Notes under the pieces: model-generated
Told to the model about the DNA's origin: nothing
Database searches by the model: none
Seen by the model: the letters and a program-made list of their open reading frames with translations, nothing else
Translations under genes and position numbers: made by a program
Shown: positions 47,490 to 48,229 of the stretch, one piece after another
Layout: every line of letters begins with the position of its first letter
Position numbering within the stretch: the first letter of the stretch is position 1
Source: a bacterium
GTDB taxonomy: Bacteria; Patescibacteriota; Patescibacteriia; UBA1558; S5-K13
Assembly: GCA_029555085.1 (NCBI GenBank)
Contig: JAKPTO010000002.1
Span: 1 to 48,229, forward strand
Length of the DNA stretch: 48,229 bases
Reading direction: 5' to 3'

Positions 47490-47778
47490 TATTTAAAAAC
47501 TACATTATTAAAGAAATAATCGGATTAAAAACAAAAAGATCTCAACAAATTATGTGAAATCTAAAATTAAATTAACAACTATGCTTCGTTAAATTACCGA
47601 AGTAAAAAGAAGCAAAGCTGTTAAACTACGCACTTTTAATGCATTTATTACTTACTTCTCTCCTCAAAGAACCACTAGGAAGAAAATGGAAATCACAATC
47701 ATAGTGATTAAAAGTATTAATAATCTTATACTCTCTCTTAATATTACAATAAAAGCTACCAATATTAAAAACCCCTAA
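47490..47778 (+). pseudogene. Possible decayed HU/IHF-like gene
   Basis: Stop-interrupted frames include KQKDLNKL and AVKLRTFNAFITYFSPQRTTR, loosely like V.LRGFG.F....R.GR. Confidence 0.25.
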
Positions 47779-47795
47779 TCGGGGTTTTTAATATT
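47761..47795. terminator. Bidirectional terminator
   Basis: Perfect 15-bp inverted repeat AATATTAAAAACCCC-taatc-GGGGTTTTTAATATT. Confidence 0.88.
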
Positions 47796-47819
47796 TATAA
47801 GATAAAATCTTAAATTTAC

Positions 47820-48229
47820 TTATTCTATATCTTCTCCTAATGTGTAATCTTCAAAAAATGCTTCACTTAAATCCTTAACTAAAGTATTCCATTTTTCTCC
47901 ATATAATCTTATTGCAGTTGCTTCTGTTTTTATCCATTGTACAGTACCATTGTCGTCTGCTACTTTATATACTTTTGGAACGCTTGGGATCTTCATAAGT
48001 ATACCTGCTTTAAATGTAACATTTCTGCCTAATGGATAAGTAGCTAATTCTTTTTCTGTTATTGTTTCAACAAATGAGAAGTCTTTATCAAAATAGGAAT
48101 ACCAAATTTTTTCGTGTGGATATGCGTGTCTTACATTTTTATCATCTAACAAATATACAGTAGAACTATTTGGTGTTTTTATATATTTAACTGCTGTAAC
48201 TTTTTCTCCCAAAACTTGTTGAATTGGAT
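47820..48229 (-). CDS. 3' end of a protein carrying the same repeat module as the surface protein N-terminus (partial)
   Basis: Frame is open to the window edge; TVYLL..RHAYP.E..WYSY and LMKIPSVPKVY..WIKTE..A..LYG.KW. Confidence 0.85.
   Translation of the reverse strand, partial: PIQQVLGEKVTAVKYIKTPNSSTVYLLDDKNVRHAYPHEKIWYSYFDKDFSFVETITEKELATYPLGRNVTFKAGILMKIPSVPKVYKVADDNGTVQWIKTEATAIRLYGEKWNTLVKDLSEAFFEDYTLGEDIE

Noticed and set aside
1-48229. Alternative genetic code (UGA=Gly) as in some CPR lineages
   Set aside because: Conserved genes are full length in the standard code and TGA serves as a normal stop.

Overview
Very AT-rich bacterial chromosome segment in the standard genetic code. 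Gene content and style point to Patescibacteria/CPR, probably Parcubacteria (inference from the short HrcA and TsaB, reduced dcw cluster, isolated rplJL and lineage-typical hypothetical proteins). Left to right: (1) the possible left end of an IS element at the window edge; (2) a ~16 kb surface-glycan cluster (priming phosphoglycosyl transferase, Wzx flippase, six GT4s, three SAM methyltransferases, two radical SAM enzymes, a kinase, a deacetylase, an epimerase); (3) an O-antigen-ligase/TPR protein next to a 1237-aa S-layer-like gene with a structured 5' leader; (4) an ECF sigma factor and a probable anti-sigma gene separated by three foreign-looking genes, two of which are self-contained cassettes with near-identical flanks; (5) a CIRCE-controlled hrcA-grpE-hsp20-(Zn ribbon)-dnaK-(DUF3467-like)-dnaJ operon punctuated by small palindromes; (6) mraZ-rsmH-ftsL-ftsI-murF; (7) a pseudouridine synthase, tsaB and rplJL with an L10 leader; (8) a GC-rich mini-cassette for a 54-aa membrane peptide with a switch-like leader. 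No CRISPR array, tRNA or rRNA was seen. Best novelty candidates are the conserved-flank ORFan cassettes, the structured leader RNAs and a putative ECF-linked S-layer glycosylation system. All family assignments come from motif recognition by eye, not database searches.
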